In this document: positions 37,405 to 39,816 of the stretch, piece after piece
Position numbering within the stretch: position 1 is the stretch's first letter
Layout of the letters: each line of letters begins with the position of its first letter
NCBI GenBank assembly: GCA_027320085.1
Contig: DAHVLZ010000034.1
Span: 1 to 39,816, forward strand
Direction: 5' to 3'
Source: Pseudomonadota bacterium
Lineage (GTDB): Bacteria; Pseudomonadota; Gammaproteobacteria; JAKAQQ01
DNA length: 39,816 bases
Program-made: the position numbers and the translations under genes
The notes under the pieces: generated by a model
Databases searched by the model: none
Seen by the model: the letters and a program-made list of their open reading frames with translations, nothing else
What the model was told of the DNA's origin: nothing

Positions 37405-37764
37405 GGCGGATTCAGGAATGAAGTGCGATTTTGATTAACGCTGTTTGGGAGGGCGGAATGCGGTAGAACCCCTGCCTTTTTGACCAGCCAGTTGAAATTG
37501 CAGAAATGAGCTACACACACCTCACTCGAGAAAAACGATATCAGATTTATGCCTTGAAGAAGGCAAGACACAAGCAAAACGAGATTGCCCACGTGCTGGA
37601 ACGAAGCGCATCACCATCAGCAGGGAGTTGGCCCGCAACCGCGGGCAGCGCGGTTATCGTCCGAAGCAGGCGCACACCATGGCCGTGCAATGGCGTGCGA
37701 TGAATGCGCGAACCATTGATGAAGCAACCTGGCAATTCGCGCAAGAGAAGCTCTCGCAACAATG
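37405..37764 (+). pseudogene. IS30-family remnant (probable left end plus frameshifted, truncated transposase N-terminus)
   Basis: MSYTHLTREKRYQI...LERSAS / TISRELARNRGQRGYRPKQA split across two frames, ending near EKLSQQW; GGCGG...TGAAGTGC at 37405 resembles an IS30-type end. Confidence 0.8.
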
Positions 37765-37788
37765 GATTTCCACGGTCCCCACAACCTT

Positions 37789-38589
37789 TCATGTATCTGC
37801 AGCTGATCTCTCGAGAATATTCTGTATGACACTTACGTCCCACACAATGCCCAGATCCGACTCTCGGTTGATACGTCCCGAATAGATGCCTAGGAGTTCC
37901 CACGCGGGTTCAGGGCTCATGGTCGCGAAGACCTTGTCTTTTACCCGCTTGCGGTAAGTTCCAGCCCGGTACGCAACCACAGGCGATCCGGACTGACCCT
38001 CCCGCGTGCGACAGTCGATGAGGAATGTTGGGTTTTCTGGCGTGATGAGTGAGAGATCTTGTGCTAAAAATCCCGTCGCCCAGATGGGGAAGCGGTTGAC
38101 AGACCGCCCAAACGGGAAGCCAATTACACTAACGCTGTCTGCTGGATCAATCTCAAGACTGAACCGATCTACCTCTTTTTCCTCTTTTTCGAGGTAGTAA
38201 GGATACGTGGAGACTTCGTTTCCCCAATCTAGATTGAAGGCGATAACATCTGCTTTACCGGCCAACTCGCCATGCTCGATCCAGGAGGGAGAGCCGTTCG
38301 CTCGAAACAGCTGCAACTGGATTTCCCGCCACTCACAGTTGCCGGTCTCGCCTGTGTTCGCGTGGAAGTGGACGACCACATTGTCAGGAATGCCGGCATG
38401 CTTATTTAGACATTCGTCTGTCTGAGGGTTCTTTCCAGTCACTATATGGCGGCTAGTTATAAGCATACAGTGAGATTGGGAGTCTTTCGCCACCAAAAAT
38501 GCTGTGCCAGTTCCGAGGACGGTTTCCCTAAACCGCGCCTCAATAAATATGGATTTGAGTGACGGACCGGCGACTTTGCCGCGATTCAT
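37789..38589 (-). CDS. Trypsin-like serine protease (no signal peptide)
   Basis: GTGTAFLV, ITSRHIV (His), ADVIAF (Asp), IGFPFG, GQSGSPV (Ser), LLGIYSG. Confidence 0.85.
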   Translation of the reverse strand: MNRGKVAGPSLKSIFIEARFRETVLGTGTAFLVAKDSQSHCMLITSRHIVTGKNPQTDECLNKHAGIPDNVVVHFHANTGETGNCEWREIQLQLFRANGSPSWIEHGELAGKADVIAFNLDWGNEVSTYPYYLEKEEKEVDRFSLEIDPADSVSVIGFPFGRSVNRFPIWATGFLAQDLSLITPENPTFLIDCRTREGQSGSPVVAYRAGTYRKRVKDKVFATMSPEPAWELLGIYSGRINRESDLGIVWDVSVIQNILERSAADT

Positions 38590-38667
38590 CGTAGCTCCCG
38601 GTAGTTCTGGTATGGCGCTCTTTAATGTACTCCCGGCGCGGCAGCTCTCGCGATGTCATCTAAGTTT

Positions 38668-39355
38668 GGTTGTGTCCGGAACTTGGTAGAAATTGACGGA
38701 TGGTCTCGAGACGGGTTGAGTGTTGCACGGGTCAAGCGGCGAGGTCAAGCGGGTGGGGTAGCGCAAGAAGGCAAACAGTCGTTCGCCGGCTTCCTCGAGA
38801 CTGCGGGCCACTCCCGGGCATCGCAGCCGCCACTGGCGCAGGAAGGCCTGCCGCCCCGGGCGAGCACCGGGGGAGGGTGATTCGGCGTAGATCATGGCGC
38901 GGTAGTCCGCGGTGAGTTCCTCGTGCCGCTTCTTCGGGGTGTGGGCCATGAGGTTTCGGAGTTTGTGGACCGTACAGCGCTGCACCGGTACCCGGGGCCA
39001 CAAGGCGGCCAGCGCCGCTTCCAATCCCTTGCCGCCGTCGATAATCACCAGCGCAGGAGTCTTCAGCCCTCGGGCCTCGAGATCCTGGAGCAGATCGGCC
39101 CACGCCGCCTCGCTCTCCCCGGCCCGGGTCTTGAGCCCCGGGAGCCCCTTCTGCCCATCGGCCCGTACCCCCAGGGCCCCCGGATCGACAAGGCCGTGCT
39201 CTGCCGATCCAGGCGCACGTGCACCCCGGTGCCATCGAGGATCAGCCGCACGATCGGCTCGCCCTCGAGGCGACGGCGGTTCCAGGCTTCAAAGTCCTCC
39301 CGCACCCGGTGCCAGGCGCGACTGACCGTGTCTTGCTCACCACGCCACCAAAGAG
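38668..39355 (-). pseudogene. IS256-family remnant with frameshifts and an internal deletion
   Basis: DTVSRAW, LILDGT, IIDGGKGLEAAL, VQRCTVHKLRNL, SLEEAGERLFAF in several frames; jumps to the C-terminal LDLAA*; terminal repeat-like GGTTGTGTCCGGAACTTGGTAGAAATT at 38668-38694. Confidence 0.85.
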
Positions 39356-39462
39356 TCTCCTATTTTCACGAAACAAACCCTATAAGCGATACGGCACAGC
39401 CTTGTGCCGGGTTTCGCGTTTTGGGCGGAAGACTGTCAGAATCGAAGTTACGAAATCACAAA

Positions 39463-39484
39463 ACCGGGTATGTAACCGGGTACA
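39463..39484 (+). repeat. Integrase arm-type direct repeats (right)
   Basis: ACCGGGTATG at 39463 and ACCGGGTACA at 39475; same 12-bp spacing as the left pair. Confidence 0.75.
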
Positions 39485-39534
39485 AATGGGGATGTGGAGC
39501 CGTGAAATCCTGTAGCCAAAAGGCGTACAGCCAT

Positions 39535-39555
39535 ATTTTCCTGTTTAACGTCTGA
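39535..39555 (+). repeat. attR (displaced ychF 3' end)
   Basis: ATTTTCCTGTTTAACGTCTGA; reads ...FNV* like the ychF terminus. Confidence 0.75.
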
Positions 39556-39569
39556 GAAGATGGTTTTCC

Positions 39570-39599
39570 TTGACGTTCAGCACCCTTTCCCGGGACAAT
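39570..39599 (+). promoter_or_regulatory. Sigma70-type promoter of tRNA-Met
   Basis: TTGACG-N18-GACAAT, 17 nt upstream of the tRNA. Confidence 0.55.
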
Positions 39600-39616
39600 G
39601 GTGGGGTTCCGTTGCA

Positions 39617-39693
39617 GGCTACGTAGCTCAGCCGGTTAGAGCGCGGCACTCATAATGCTGAGGTCGGTGGTTCGAGTCCACCCGTAGCCACCA
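39617..39693 (+). tRNA. tRNA-Met (CAT), elongator type
   Basis: GGCTACG/CGTAGCC acceptor stem, CTCATAA anticodon loop, GGTTCGAGTCC, encoded CCA. Confidence 0.96.
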
Positions 39694-39816
39694 CAAATAA
39701 TCAATTCCGATCAGGCCGTTAGGCAACCAAAATATCCGCGTGTCACGCGGAACTTTGGGCCCCCAATTAGGGACACTTCGCGATTACTGTACATGACACC
39801 CCGATAACGGAGGTGT

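Larger units (their letters stand above)
30994..39553 (+). mobile_element. Integrative element / phage-satellite-like island (~8.5 kb) in ychF
   Basis: P4-type integrase at the left end, AlpA, primase-helicase, att direct repeat, ACCGGGTA(TG/CA) repeats at both ends, visibly lower GC than the flanks. Confidence 0.88.

Noticed and set aside
38923-39555. 210-aa plus-strand ORF ending IFLFNV
   Set aside because: Mostly antisense to the IS256 remnant; the ychF-like ending simply reflects attR
39617-39693. tRNA-Met as the attachment site of the 31-39.5 kb element
   Set aside because: No tRNA fragment is duplicated at the integrase end; the repeat matches the ychF 3' end instead

Overview
GC-rich gammaproteobacterial-type chromosome segment; the protein charge bias suggests an acidophile (inference). 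Left to right: (i) a minus-strand yebC-ruvCAB-ybgC-tolQRAB operon (tolB runs off the left edge), preceded by a YfaZ-like outer-membrane gene, a Bax-like glucosaminidase and an orphan pstB; (ii) a type IV minor-pilin operon fimT-pilVWX-pilY1-orf-pilE, then gshA; (iii) a minus-strand copper locus: a DUF2946-like CxxC/RAPP leader ORF, a His-N-terminal outer-membrane protein, CopC and a CopD-cupredoxin fusion, with a BNR/VPS10 beta-propeller gene upstream; (iv) a GT4 glycosyltransferase, a long-loop cupredoxin and a GST; (v) tRNA-Gln-prs-rplY-pth-ychF; (vi) an ~8.5 kb P4-integrase/AlpA/primase element inserted in the last codons of ychF, carrying a Zn-ribbon membrane protein, a trypsin-like protease and IS30/IS256 remnants; (vii) tRNA-Met. 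The best candidate for a new system is the copper locus. The codons at the RAPP arrest motif of the leader ORF are complementary to the ribosome-binding site of the next gene, which predicts a ribosome-stalling switch controlling an OM protein-CopC-CopD/cupredoxin copper-handling chain. All family calls come from motif recognition by eye; no database searches were run.
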